Origin: Cyanobacteriota bacterium | Lineage (GTDB): Bacteria; Cyanobacteriota; Cyanobacteriia; Cyanobacteriales; Nostocaceae | Direction: 5' to 3' | DNA: 45,425 bases | NCBI GenBank assembly: GCA_046045965.1 | Contig: JBJOKS010000034.1 | Location: forward strand, 1-45,425 | Part shown: positions 29,393 through 38,965 of the stretch, one piece after another | Numbering within the stretch: the first letter of the stretch is position 1 | How the letters are laid out: every line of letters begins with the position of its first letter | Translations under genes and position numbers: made by a program | The notes under the pieces: model-generated | What the model saw: the letters and a program-made list of their open reading frames with translations, nothing else | Database searches by the model: none | Told to the model about the DNA's origin: nothing

Positions 29393-30616
29393 ATGCTGTC
29401 AGTCAGAGATGCAGAAGCTACTATTTTAAATTCTGTGCAACCGCTGGATAATGAGCAGGATATAGAATTTGTCGATTTGTTGATGGCAAATAATCGCATT
29501 TTAGCAACTCCTGTTACAAGTTCCCTAGATTTTCCCCATTGGGATAATTCGGCAATGGATGGTTTTGCTGTACGTTATGCAGATGTGCAGCAAGCAAGGG
29601 CTGATAAACCAACTGTTTTGGAAGTTGTGGAAGAAATTCCCGCAGGATATCAACCCCAAGTTACTATTAAACCCGGACAAGCAGCACGCATTTTCACTGG
29701 TGCAATGATGCCAGCAGGTGCGGATACTGTAGTTATACAGGAAAAAACACACCTACAGGAAAACCGCGTTTTTGTCTTTCTTGCACCTCAACCCCAGGAG
29801 TTTGTCAGACACAAGGGTGATTTTTATCAAGCTGGAAAGGAACTTTTACCCGCAGGTATTTCTTTAACTGCTGCCAAAATAGGGGTTTTAGCTGCGGCAC
29901 AACGTGAACAAGTAGGTGTTTTCCGTCGTCTGCGTGTAGCGATTTTCTCGACTGGTAATGAGTTGGTGATGCCTGAACAATTGCTAAAATCAGGACAAAT
30001 TGTAGATTCTAATCAGTATGCTTTGGCTACTTTGGTGCGGGAACTGGGGGCGGAAGTGTTACTGTTAGGAATTATTAAGGATGATCCGACGACTTTAAAA
30101 GAAATTATAGATTATGCGATCGCGAATGCTGATATAGTTCTTTCTACTGGTGGTGTGTCTGTGGGCGATTATGACTACATAGATAAAATTTTAGCGTCTC
30201 TGGGTGCAAAAGTTCATTTTCAGTCTGTCCAAATGCGTCCGGGAAAACCTCTGACTTTTGCAACTTTCCCCAATTCATTATACTTTGGTTTACCAGGAAA
30301 TCCTGTTTCTGCATTGGTGACTTGTTGGCGGTTTGTACAACCTGCAATTAAAAAAATGGCAGGAATGGCTAAAGGTTGGGAAAGTAAATTTATCAAAGTG
30401 CGATCGCAATCAGAATTACAATCTAATGGCAAGATGGAAACTTATATTCACGGTAAGTTACATCTAGTAAATGGTGTTTATCAATTTCAAAAAGCTGAAG
30501 GTAATGATAGTTCTGGGAATTTAATTAATTTAGCTCAAACTAATGCTTTAGCTGTGTTACCGATGGGTAAAACTTTTGTTTCTGTTGGGGAGGAAGTTTT
30601 GGTTTTGCAATTATAA
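29393..30616 (+). CDS. moeA: Molybdopterin molybdotransferase
   Basis: NSAMDGFA, RIFTGA, STGNEL, GGVSVGDYD and LPGNPVS. Confidence 0.97.
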   Translation: MLSVRDAEATILNSVQPLDNEQDIEFVDLLMANNRILATPVTSSLDFPHWDNSAMDGFAVRYADVQQARADKPTVLEVVEEIPAGYQPQVTIKPGQAARIFTGAMMPAGADTVVIQEKTHLQENRVFVFLAPQPQEFVRHKGDFYQAGKELLPAGISLTAAKIGVLAAAQREQVGVFRRLRVAIFSTGNELVMPEQLLKSGQIVDSNQYALATLVRELGAEVLLLGIIKDDPTTLKEIIDYAIANADIVLSTGGVSVGDYDYIDKILASLGAKVHFQSVQMRPGKPLTFATFPNSLYFGLPGNPVSALVTCWRFVQPAIKKMAGMAKGWESKFIKVRSQSELQSNGKMETYIHGKLHLVNGVYQFQKAEGNDSSGNLINLAQTNALAVLPMGKTFVSVGEEVLVLQL

Positions 30617-30722
30617 GGGAACAGGGAACAGGGAACAGGGAACAGAGTTTTTGACTTTTGACTTTATGACTTGATTTTTCCCAGTCACCAGTCACCAGTC
30701 CCCAGTCACCAGTCCCCAGTCC
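30617..30722. repeat. STRR-type heptamer cluster between convergent genes
   Basis: GGGAACA x4, TTTTGAC and CCAGTC(A/C) repeats. Confidence 0.9.
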
Positions 30723-32300
30723 CTAAGCTACTACTTTTTCCTTCTCTGGAACATAAGGTTTTTCTGCACCTTGGGCTAAATATGCAGCTAATTGACTTTC
30801 GATTTCATCACGGACAATTTGCCGATATTCCATAAAATGTTCGATGTGAGCGCAGGTAGAAACGTACTGTTCGATCACCTTGGGATTATGCTTGAGAATG
30901 CTAAAGAAATGATGCCAGAATTTCCAGCGAGTTTCTCTTTTCAAACCTTGTCTCCAAATCACAATTAGCAGTGCTTTGATAACTACCCATTCCGGTGTTT
31001 TCGCTGGTGCTGTCCATTGGGGAGAACCTAACATCAAGAAACAGCGATAGGTGCGATCTAAATAAGCTACAGGGTCATATAAAGCACAAAAAGCTTCCAC
31101 ATATTCCCTAGCCAATTCTTCTAAAGGACGGGTGGGAATGAAGTTCATCAATGTGGTTTGATTGATATTCCCATCTTTATTTTCGCGCAGTCGTCCTTCT
31201 TTTTTCAAACGATGCCATAAAGCGGTATTGGGTAACGCTTGTAACATGGCAAAAGTGGTAGAAGGGATGGCTGCTAGTTCGGCAAATCTAACAATGCGAT
31301 CGCCCGCACCTGCTTTTTCGCCATCAAAACCAATAATAAACCCAGCCATTGGCCGCAGTCCAGCTTTAATGATAGTTTCTACAGATTCAGTTAAAGAACT
31401 GCGAGTATTTTGGAATTTCTTAGTTAGTTGTAAACTATCTTCATCTGGTGTTTCAATGCCCAAAAATACGGCTTTAAAACCACAGTCAACCATCAACTCC
31501 ATCATCTCTTGATCTTGCGCCAAATCAATAGAAGCTTCTGTATCAAAATTGAAAGGATATTGATGTTCTGCCATCCAAACTTTTAACTCTTTTAGCAACA
31601 ATTTGACATTGCGTTTGTTGCCAATAAAGTTATCATCTACCATGAATACACCACGTCTCCAACCCAATTCATAGAGATAATCTAATTCTGCTAACAGTTG
31701 TGCTGGTGTTTTGGTTCTGGGTTTGCGTCCATATAATACAATGATGTCGCAAAATTCGCACTGGAAAGGACAACCCCGCGAAAACTGCACAGACATCATA
31801 TCATAGGCATTAAATTCTAATAAATCAAAGCGGGGAATAGGTGTACTGGTAACATCAGGTTTTTCGGTAGCGCGGAAAACGCCTGATTTTTCACCTTTTT
31901 GTACCGCTTCCACAAACATCGGTAAAGTGATTTCCCCTTCATCTAAAATCAGATAATCTGCCCCTGCTGCTTCCACTTCATGGGGTGTGGATGTGGGGTA
32001 TGGACCACCCAAAGCTACCAACTTACCCCGGCGTTTTGCTTCCCGAATTTGATCCAGTAAATCTTGTTTTTGGACAATCATAGCCGAGAATATGACTATA
32101 TCTGCCCATGCCCATTCTTCTTCAGTGGCAGCGCGAATGTTACGATCTACAAGTTTAAACTCCCACTCTTGGGGTAAGATTGCTGCAACTGTGACTAAAC
32201 CCAATGGTGGTAATAGAACCTTTCTATCAACCAATGCTAGGATTTTTTCATAGGACCAGAAGGTCTTGGGAAATATTGGATAAACTAGCAAGACACGCAT
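30723..32300 (-). CDS. B12-binding radical SAM protein (DUF4070-type C-terminus)
   Basis: PPLGL, GGPYPT, RGCPFQCEFC and VDDNFIG. Confidence 0.92.
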   Translation of the reverse strand: MRVLLVYPIFPKTFWSYEKILALVDRKVLLPPLGLVTVAAILPQEWEFKLVDRNIRAATEEEWAWADIVIFSAMIVQKQDLLDQIREAKRRGKLVALGGPYPTSTPHEVEAAGADYLILDEGEITLPMFVEAVQKGEKSGVFRATEKPDVTSTPIPRFDLLEFNAYDMMSVQFSRGCPFQCEFCDIIVLYGRKPRTKTPAQLLAELDYLYELGWRRGVFMVDDNFIGNKRNVKLLLKELKVWMAEHQYPFNFDTEASIDLAQDQEMMELMVDCGFKAVFLGIETPDEDSLQLTKKFQNTRSSLTESVETIIKAGLRPMAGFIIGFDGEKAGAGDRIVRFAELAAIPSTTFAMLQALPNTALWHRLKKEGRLRENKDGNINQTTLMNFIPTRPLEELAREYVEAFCALYDPVAYLDRTYRCFLMLGSPQWTAPAKTPEWVVIKALLIVIWRQGLKRETRWKFWHHFFSILKHNPKVIEQYVSTCAHIEHFMEYRQIVRDEIESQLAAYLAQGAEKPYVPEKEKVVA

Positions 32301-32402
32301 AGTATCACCCCTCACGATTTATTTGTTATCTAACTGTAACTAAATTTAGGACTGATTGACTTTTTTATAAGTTGCCATGCTGTATTTTAGAATGGGGGGG
32401 TT

Positions 32403-32442
32403 GTCTGAATCAGGATGACCAGGATTTAATGATTTACAGGAT
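32403..32442 (+). repeat. 40-bp GTCTGAATCAGGAT-type repeat
   Basis: GTCTGAATCAGGATGACCAGGATTTAATGATTTACAGGAT. Confidence 0.85.
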
Positions 32443-32628
32443 GGGAATTTTTAAGAGTTTCAAGAAGTCCAGACCATGATAGTATAAAGGGTTACAGGAT
32501 TTACTTTTTAGTTCTTGCCAGGTTGAATCTTAAATAATTGTGATCAGGTGTTTATCTGGAATACCCATGTTTGATACAATTAAGATCCAAAATGGTATAA
32601 AATTAATAAAGCTTGATGGAGATTTGAC

Positions 32629-33426
32629 TTGACCGAATACAGGATTAGACTACAAGCAAATGAGATTAAGCCCAGATTGAAACCTTTACAACGTGAAGCT
32701 CTGTTTAGAGGAGAAGCGAAACTGGCAGTTAGAATTAAAGAAATTGGAATTACACTATCTAAATATAAAAATGACCTTTTGGATAAAAAACGTTTTTTAA
32801 TAGACTTTCTGAATGAATTTTATTACGATATTCAAACTTATCTATATACAATCCAACCACTTTTAAAGTTATCTCCAGCAGCAAGAGAAAAATTTTGCCA
32901 GCAAAAGAATATATCTGTAACTGAGTATTACTGGTATACGGTAATCTTGCCTAAGTGGTTAAGTCAGGAAGATCCAAAATTTTCTTATTGGATTGAAAAA
33001 CTTATACAAGAAGAGTATACTGGTAATGATGAAGATTTAATTTTTAATTTAACTAAAACTATCAACTCTAGAACTGATGGGAGTGCTTCTAACCGTTACA
33101 TTCTAGATTTATCTATGGCTACAGATTTACTTGTTAGTCATGTTCCTAGTACACTTGAGCCTGTTTTTGTTCAGCTTACAGGTATTTCTAACTTACAGGA
33201 TGGACAACTTAACCCTGATTTTATAAATAAGCAGCAGCGATGAAATAACACTCTATCATGTTGGGGTATTAAACGGGCTTTATTGGTTACTCATGATGCT
33301 CAAGTGAACAGTCCAAACAATCTACTCAAGTTAGCTGATGTTATGCTAAAAGAGAGTAGCGATGCCTACGGCGAGCGAAGCTATCGCCCGACTAATTTTA
33401 TTGCTGTTATACCCTTCCCTGGATAG
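32629..33426 (+). pseudogene. Hypothetical, possibly nuclease-like gene with a premature TGA at 33241-33243
   Basis: The frame continues 60 codons beyond the TGA (NNTLSCWGIKRALLV...) to TAG at 33424-33426, 4 bp before the next ATG. Confidence 0.65.
33359..33387. repeat. SDR5-type 21-nt insertion in a HIP1 site
   Basis: GCGAT-GCCTACGGCGAGCGAAGCT-ATCGC. Confidence 0.75.
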
Positions 33427-33430
33427 TATT

Positions 33431-33868
33431 ATGACTAAGAATGTAAGTATTTATAATCAGTCAACTTCCGAGGTAGATGAAAAGTATCTAGAAGCATCCC
33501 AAAAGTTGCAGCTAGATAAGCAAAATTATGGTGGTGATTATATTCATCTTTATGTTGATAATATAGAAGGTGATTGGCTGGAAAATTGGGATTGGGAAGA
33601 TGATATAACAGATTATATTGATGCTTTTTATCATCATTGTGAACAGGAAAATTATCAATTTGCTTTTGATACTTTAAAGGCTTGTGATGATTTGTTGAAT
33701 CAGTCGGAGAATTATGAAAAGGGTTTAGAGGTTTATGGTTATTTGGTTCAAAAGTTAGAGTTAGAATGTGCAAAACAGCCTGATATAAATAATCAAGAAA
33801 TTTTGAAAGAAGTAAAACACCGCATTTTCATATTACAAAATAATGGAAAAGGTGAAAATATGATATAA
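33431..33868 (+). CDS. Acidic hypothetical protein
   Basis: MTKNVSIY...YGGDYIHLYVD..EGDWLENWDWED; helical C-terminus. Confidence 0.7.
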   Translation: MTKNVSIYNQSTSEVDEKYLEASQKLQLDKQNYGGDYIHLYVDNIEGDWLENWDWEDDITDYIDAFYHHCEQENYQFAFDTLKACDDLLNQSENYEKGLEVYGYLVQKLELECAKQPDINNQEILKEVKHRIFILQNNGKGENMI

Positions 33869-33903
33869 TATCCAATCATTAGTAAACAAGGAAAATTTAT
33901 TTT

Positions 33904-34080
33904 ATGTCATATAAAGTTAGTATTGTCATTGAAAAAGATGAAGATGGATATTATGCTTATTGTCCTGAACTTCCTGGTTGTCAATCTGAAGGTGATTCAT
34001 TAGAAGCGGTACAAGCAAATATTAAGGAAGCGGTTGAATTATATATAGAAACATTATCAGAATTTTCAAAGATATTTTAA
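33904..34080 (+). CDS. hicB: HicB-family antitoxin (58 aa, possibly truncated)
   Basis: Manual translation MSYKVSIVIEKDEDGYYAYCPELPGCQSEGDSLEAVQANIKEAVELYIETLSEFSKIF*; below the track's size cut-off. Confidence 0.85.
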   Translation: MSYKVSIVIEKDEDGYYAYCPELPGCQSEGDSLEAVQANIKEAVELYIETLSEFSKIF

Positions 34081-34090
34081 ATTTATTTTC

Positions 34091-34130
34091 GTCTGAATCA
34101 GGATTTCCAGGATTTTAGGATTTACAGGAT
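34091..34130 (+). repeat. 40-bp GTCTGAATCAGGAT-type repeat (left bracket of the KAP gene)
   Basis: GTCTGAATCAGGATTTCCAGGATTTTAGGATTTACAGGAT. Confidence 0.9.
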
Positions 34131-34139
34131 AATGATTTT

Positions 34140-35981
34140 ATGAATAACAATGTAGATATGTTTGCTAAAAGTACAAACACAGTAAATTATGGAGTCAATC
34201 GAAAAGAAGCAGAAAGTATTATTGAGAAATTCTTGAAAAATGAAAATTATAGAGTTTTAGCTGTTAAAGGTAAATGGGGTGTTGGTAAAACACATTTAGT
34301 AAGAACTGTTTTAGATAAACATGGTAAAAATGATTATTTATATGCTTCTGTTTTTGGTATTTCTTCAATTCAACATTTAAAAGCCAGAATATTTGCTAAT
34401 TATCAAAAAAATCTAAAGCCTAATATTAAACCAATTAATAATGTTGTTGAATTTATTAACCGCAATTTTGGAAGGTTAGAAAAAACTCGAAAACTAGAAT
34501 TTCCAAAACTAGACTTTGGATTATCAGGTTCATTGCTTGCTATAGGTGGTGATTTGTTACTGGAGATATTTTTTAATTTAAACGTTCATGGTAACTCAAT
34601 TATCTGTATTGATGATTTAGAAAGAAAATCTCAGCTTCCATTAAAAGATATATTCGGATTTGTTGAGTATTTGGTTCAAGATTTTAAATGTAAAATTATT
34701 CTCATTTATAATGCAGATAGTCTTGATGAAGATTCACAAACTGCTTTAGAAACCTATCGTGAAAAAGTAATTGATAAAGAATTTAATCTGAATCCAACAG
34801 TAGAAGAAAATTTAGATTTTATATTTAAAGATTCTCCTGATATAGATGTAATTAAAGAAGTATTCAAAAAAACTGGTACGAATAATATTCGAGTTATCTG
34901 CAAAACTAAATGGCTTATTTATGAGCTTATTCCCTTAATGCAAGATTGGGAAGAGAGTTTACGTCATCAAATTATCAGAAATATTATTGTTATTAATATA
35001 GCAAAATTAGATACTGAATTTTGTAAAAAATTTTCTATTAATGGTATAGATCCTATGGATACTATATTATCAATATCTTATAATGCACAGAAATATTATG
35101 ATCAATATAAAGAGGAAGATGATAAAACCGCTAACGAAAGATTTAAATTGAGGCTAAAAATAGGAGAGATAGGGTATATAAATTTAGAAAAATTAGATAC
35201 AATTATAATTCAACTTATCGAAACCGCATTATTGAAGGATGAAGAATTTATTAAAGAAGGGCAGATTCTAAATAAAAAAGAACAAAGGGATAAAATTATT
35301 AAAAAACTTGATGAGCTTTCAAATCATCTTTATAGATTTAAATACTATAATTCATTTGCAGATAATGAGCAAGAGATTATTAATGGAATCCTTACTTTCC
35401 TAGAAGAGAATCATCTTCAATTGAGCTTCCCACAATTTGAACAACTTGAAAGATTTGCTTCAATATTAGGACTCGATATTTCTAGTTACGAAAAATCTCT
35501 ATTAGAAACCATATTAACGGAGATTTTAGAATACAACTATTATGATGATTTAATCAGTTTTAGACATCAAGTAACTAAATATCCTGATTTAGAAGCATCT
35601 TTAAAAGAGAAAATTAAAGAATATTACCAAACATTAGATATTACTACATCTTTGCAAAATATAATTAATAGTCATTCCTATTCAATATCATCCAAGTTAC
35701 AAGAAGGTATTGAATTTTTTTCAATATCATCCAGGTTACAAGAAGATATTGAATTTTTGAAAAGCCGTACTATTGATGAATACTGTAAATGGCTTAAAAA
35801 AGGTCATCCTGAGTTACTGGAAATGGTTAGATGGTTACTAAATTCTGGTTATCAACCAGCATCCCAAAACTTAGAAAAAGCTATTCGTATATTAGCTGAA
35901 TGCAGTAAAATAAACAAAATTAGAGCAAAGTACCTTTACAACATAGATATAGATAATCAACCTCATCCTGAAAATCCTTAA
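34140..35981 (+). CDS. KAP-family P-loop NTPase
   Basis: GKWGVGKT, YASVFG, CIDDLER, YREKVID and NNIR motifs; very AT-rich. Confidence 0.88.
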   Translation: MNNNVDMFAKSTNTVNYGVNRKEAESIIEKFLKNENYRVLAVKGKWGVGKTHLVRTVLDKHGKNDYLYASVFGISSIQHLKARIFANYQKNLKPNIKPINNVVEFINRNFGRLEKTRKLEFPKLDFGLSGSLLAIGGDLLLEIFFNLNVHGNSIICIDDLERKSQLPLKDIFGFVEYLVQDFKCKIILIYNADSLDEDSQTALETYREKVIDKEFNLNPTVEENLDFIFKDSPDIDVIKEVFKKTGTNNIRVICKTKWLIYELIPLMQDWEESLRHQIIRNIIVINIAKLDTEFCKKFSINGIDPMDTILSISYNAQKYYDQYKEEDDKTANERFKLRLKIGEIGYINLEKLDTIIIQLIETALLKDEEFIKEGQILNKKEQRDKIIKKLDELSNHLYRFKYYNSFADNEQEIINGILTFLEENHLQLSFPQFEQLERFASILGLDISSYEKSLLETILTEILEYNYYDDLISFRHQVTKYPDLEASLKEKIKEYYQTLDITTSLQNIINSHSYSISSKLQEGIEFFSISSRLQEDIEFLKSRTIDEYCKWLKKGHPELLEMVRWLLNSGYQPASQNLEKAIRILAECSKINKIRAKYLYNIDIDNQPHPENP

Positions 35982-36004
35982 ATCCTGGACATCCTGATTC
36001 AGAC
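35965..36004 (-). repeat. 40-bp GTCTGAATCAGGAT-type repeat (right bracket of the KAP gene)
   Basis: Reverse complement reads GTCTGAATCAGGATGTCCAGGATTTAAGGATTTTCAGGAT; it supplies the KAP stop codon. Confidence 0.9.
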
Positions 36005-36092
36005 AAAAAACATTACTGAATATCCAACAGAATGCTTTAAAATCCCCAACACCATGTAAAATACATAATTCAGACTGTATTTCCTCAACAAC

Positions 36093-37181
36093 ATGGGTAG
36101 CACATTTGGTCATCTTTTCCGAATCACAACATTTGGCGAATCTCACGGCGGCGGTGTGGGAGTTATAATTGATGGTTGTCCCCCACGACTGGAAATTTCC
36201 CCGGAAGAAATTCAATTTGAACTAGACAGAAGACGGCCAGGACAAAGTAAAATCACTACACCCCGCAAAGAAGCGGACACCTGTGAGATATTATCAGGGA
36301 CATTTGAAGGTAAAACCCTGGGAACACCGATCGCAATTTTAGTCAGAAATAAAGATACTCGTTCCCAAGATTACGACGAGATGGCGCAAAAATACCGTCC
36401 TTCCCATGCAGATGCTACCTATGATGCAAAATATGGGTTTAGAAATTGGCAAGGTGGCGGCAGATCCTCAGCACGTGAGACAATAGGTAGGGTAGCTGCT
36501 GGTGCGATCGCCAAAAAAATTCTCCGTCAAGTTGCAGGTGTGGAAATTATCGCCTATGTTAAACGCATCAAAGACTTAGAAGGAACTGTTGATACAAACA
36601 CTGTAACTTTAGAAGATGTCGAAAGTAACATCGTCCGTTGTCCCGATGGGGAAATTGCCACCAAAATGATAGAATTAATTGAAAAAACTGGTAGAGATGG
36701 TAACTCTATTGGTGGTGTGGTTGAATGTGTAGTGCGGAATGTTCCCAAAGGTTTAGGTGAACCTGTTTTTGATAAATTAGAAGCAGACTTAGCAAAAGCG
36801 GTGATGTCCCTACCTGCAAGTAAAGGTTTTGAAATTGGTTCAGGTTTTGACGGAACTTTGTTAACAGGTTTTGAACATAACGACGAATTTTATATTGATG
36901 AAAACGGCGAAATTAGAACAGTAACCAACCGTTCTGGTGGTGTTCAAGGGGGAATTTCTAACGGGGAAAATATTATTTTACGAGTTGCTTTCAAACCAAC
37001 TGCAACTATTAGAAAAGAACAAAAAACCGTAACTAAAGAAGGTGAAGAAACAGTTTTAGCAGGAAAAGGAAGACATGATCCTTGTGTGTTACCTCGTGCT
37101 GTTCCTATGGTTGATGCGATGGTAGCTTTGGTTTTATGCGATCATCTATTAAGGCATCATGGGCAGTGTAAGTTATTGTAG
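36093..37181 (+). CDS. aroC: Chorismate synthase
   Basis: [22 protein letters not shown] and GRHDPCV. Confidence 0.99.
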   Translation: MGSTFGHLFRITTFGESHGGGVGVIIDGCPPRLEISPEEIQFELDRRRPGQSKITTPRKEADTCEILSGTFEGKTLGTPIAILVRNKDTRSQDYDEMAQKYRPSHADATYDAKYGFRNWQGGGRSSARETIGRVAAGAIAKKILRQVAGVEIIAYVKRIKDLEGTVDTNTVTLEDVESNIVRCPDGEIATKMIELIEKTGRDGNSIGGVVECVVRNVPKGLGEPVFDKLEADLAKAVMSLPASKGFEIGSGFDGTLLTGFEHNDEFYIDENGEIRTVTNRSGGVQGGISNGENIILRVAFKPTATIRKEQKTVTKEGEETVLAGKGRHDPCVLPRAVPMVDAMVALVLCDHLLRHHGQCKLL

Positions 37182-37216
37182 AATTTTTTAGAAAAATCTC
37201 TCTAAAACTTTCTTAT

Positions 37217-37305
37217 CTTCGTGTTCTTCGTGTCTTCGTGGTTCATTTCTATAAAAAAAGAAAAAACGAACCGCAGAGACGCAGAGAACGCAGAGAACGC
37301 AGAGA
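37217..37305. repeat. Back-to-back 9-nt-periodic AACGAACC-headed repeats
   Basis: CTTCGTG(TT) x3 GTTCATT, then AACGAACCGCAGAGACGCAGAGAACGCAGAGAACGCAGAGA. Confidence 0.85.
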
Positions 37306-37367
37306 AAGGAGAAAAGAAAGGGTTTTTTATTTTTAAGTTATGAGGTTTTTTAAAAATTTAAAATAGT

Positions 37368-38276
37368 ATGTCTAAAATTATTTTACCTCCTCCTCTAAAA
37401 CCAGGTGATTTATTACGTGTTATTGCTCCTAGTGGCGCTTTACGGGAGTTTGCAGCTTTTGAAAGAAGTCTGGAAATTTGGCGATCGCACGGTTACAATA
37501 TCCAAGTTAGCGATAATCTAGACAGCAAATATGGTTATCTTGCTGGTACTGATGCTCACCGTTGTCAACATTTAGCCGCAGCATGGCATGATCCAGAATG
37601 TCGCGGTATTATCTGCGCTAGGGGTGGTTTCGGTAGTACCCGCATTTTAGAAAATTGGTCTTGGGAACAAAAAACGGCAGATCCGAAATGGTTGATCGGT
37701 TTTTCTGATATCACAGCCCTGCTTTGGAGTCTCTACAAGGTTGGTATTTCGGGTTTGCATGGTCCCGTACTCACTACCCTCAAAGATGAGCCTGAATGGT
37801 CAATAAATCGGTTATTTGATATTTTACAAGGCCGTTCTGTTACACCTTTGAAGGGTCAGGGTTGGGGTGGTGGTACGGTGACAGGGGTGTTACTTCCTGG
37901 TAATTTGACTGTGACAACTCATCTTTTAGGTACACCGCTATTACCGGATCTCGATGGTGTAATATTGGCTTTTGAAGATGTCACAGAAGCACCCTATCGC
38001 ATTGATCGAATGTTAACTCAATGGCGGTTAAGTGGTATGCTGTCTAAAGTTCGGGGTATTGCTTTGGGAGGTTTTACCGACTGTGACGCACCTCCGAATA
38101 TACCCAGTTTGAGTATAGAGGAGGTTTTACGCGATCGCCTCTCAGACCTCAATATTCCTATTGTTTCTAATTTACCCTTTGGTCATGATAGCCCCAATGC
38201 AGCTTTACCTGTAGGGGTAGAAATAACTTTGGACGCAGATCAAGGAATTTTAGCAATAACAGATATCCACTATTAA
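37368..38276 (+). CDS. ldcA: LD-carboxypeptidase (peptidase S66)
   Basis: IAPSG, ARGGFG, GFSDITAL, FEDVTE and FGH. Confidence 0.93.
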   Translation: MSKIILPPPLKPGDLLRVIAPSGALREFAAFERSLEIWRSHGYNIQVSDNLDSKYGYLAGTDAHRCQHLAAAWHDPECRGIICARGGFGSTRILENWSWEQKTADPKWLIGFSDITALLWSLYKVGISGLHGPVLTTLKDEPEWSINRLFDILQGRSVTPLKGQGWGGGTVTGVLLPGNLTVTTHLLGTPLLPDLDGVILAFEDVTEAPYRIDRMLTQWRLSGMLSKVRGIALGGFTDCDAPPNIPSLSIEEVLRDRLSDLNIPIVSNLPFGHDSPNAALPVGVEITLDADQGILAITDIHY

Positions 38277-38293
38277 TTAGTAAACATCATCTT

Positions 38294-38965
38294 ATGCCAA
38301 GTCTAAACTTTAACCCAAAACCCACAATTTCTGTTATTCTATGTACCTATAACCGTGAAAAATACTTAAATGATTGTATTGATAGTGTCATTCAACAAAC
38401 TTTTTCTGATTGGGAATTAGTCATAGTTGATGACGGTAGTCAAGATAATACCTTTGAAATTGTTAATCCCTACCTACAAAAATTTCATAATATCCGTTAT
38501 CTTAAACATCAAAATCGTAAAGCTGCTTACGCTAGAAATGCCGGAATTCAAGCATCTTTTGGTAATTATATCACATTTATTGATAGTGACGATACCTATA
38601 AATCACATCATTTAGAATCACGGATAGATTTTATGCTATCTCACCCAGAAATAGATTTAATTGAAGGTGGATATGAAATAGAAGAAGAATTTTTTCTAGT
38701 TGATTGTTTTCAACCAGATAAATTAATTAGTATTAAAGAATGTGTGGTAGGAGCAACATTTTTTGGTAAAAGAAAAGCATTCTTTGAACTGCGAGGATTT
38801 AATGATGTTCCCTATGGAGAAGATGCAGAATTATGGTCAAGAGCAGAACAAATATGTAAAACCTACAAAATCAAACAACCAGAAACTTATGTTTACAATA
38901 GATCAGAAAATAGCACTACCCAAACTTTGTTAGAACAACTCACTCAAAAATCTAATTCCCAATGA
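38294..38965 (+). CDS. Glycosyltransferase family 2
   Basis: TYNR, VDDGSQD, ARNAG, FIDSDD and GED. Confidence 0.93.
   Translation: MPSLNFNPKPTISVILCTYNREKYLNDCIDSVIQQTFSDWELVIVDDGSQDNTFEIVNPYLQKFHNIRYLKHQNRKAAYARNAGIQASFGNYITFIDSDDTYKSHHLESRIDFMLSHPEIDLIEGGYEIEEEFFLVDCFQPDKLISIKECVVGATFFGKRKAFFELRGFNDVPYGEDAELWSRAEQICKTYKIKQPETYVYNRSENSTTQTLLEQLTQKSNSQ

Noticed and set aside
30723..32300. Naming the radical SAM gene hpnP or bchE
   Set aside because: The visible motifs support only the family-level call.
33241..33243. Selenocysteine or programmed readthrough at the TGA
   Set aside because: No SECIS-like hairpin or Cys-type context; a TGG-to-TGA nonsense change is simpler.
33362..33430. Upstream start for the 33868-ending ORF
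   Set aside because: That ATG lies in the SDR5-type repeat and overlaps the pseudogene tail; ATG at 33431 fits better.
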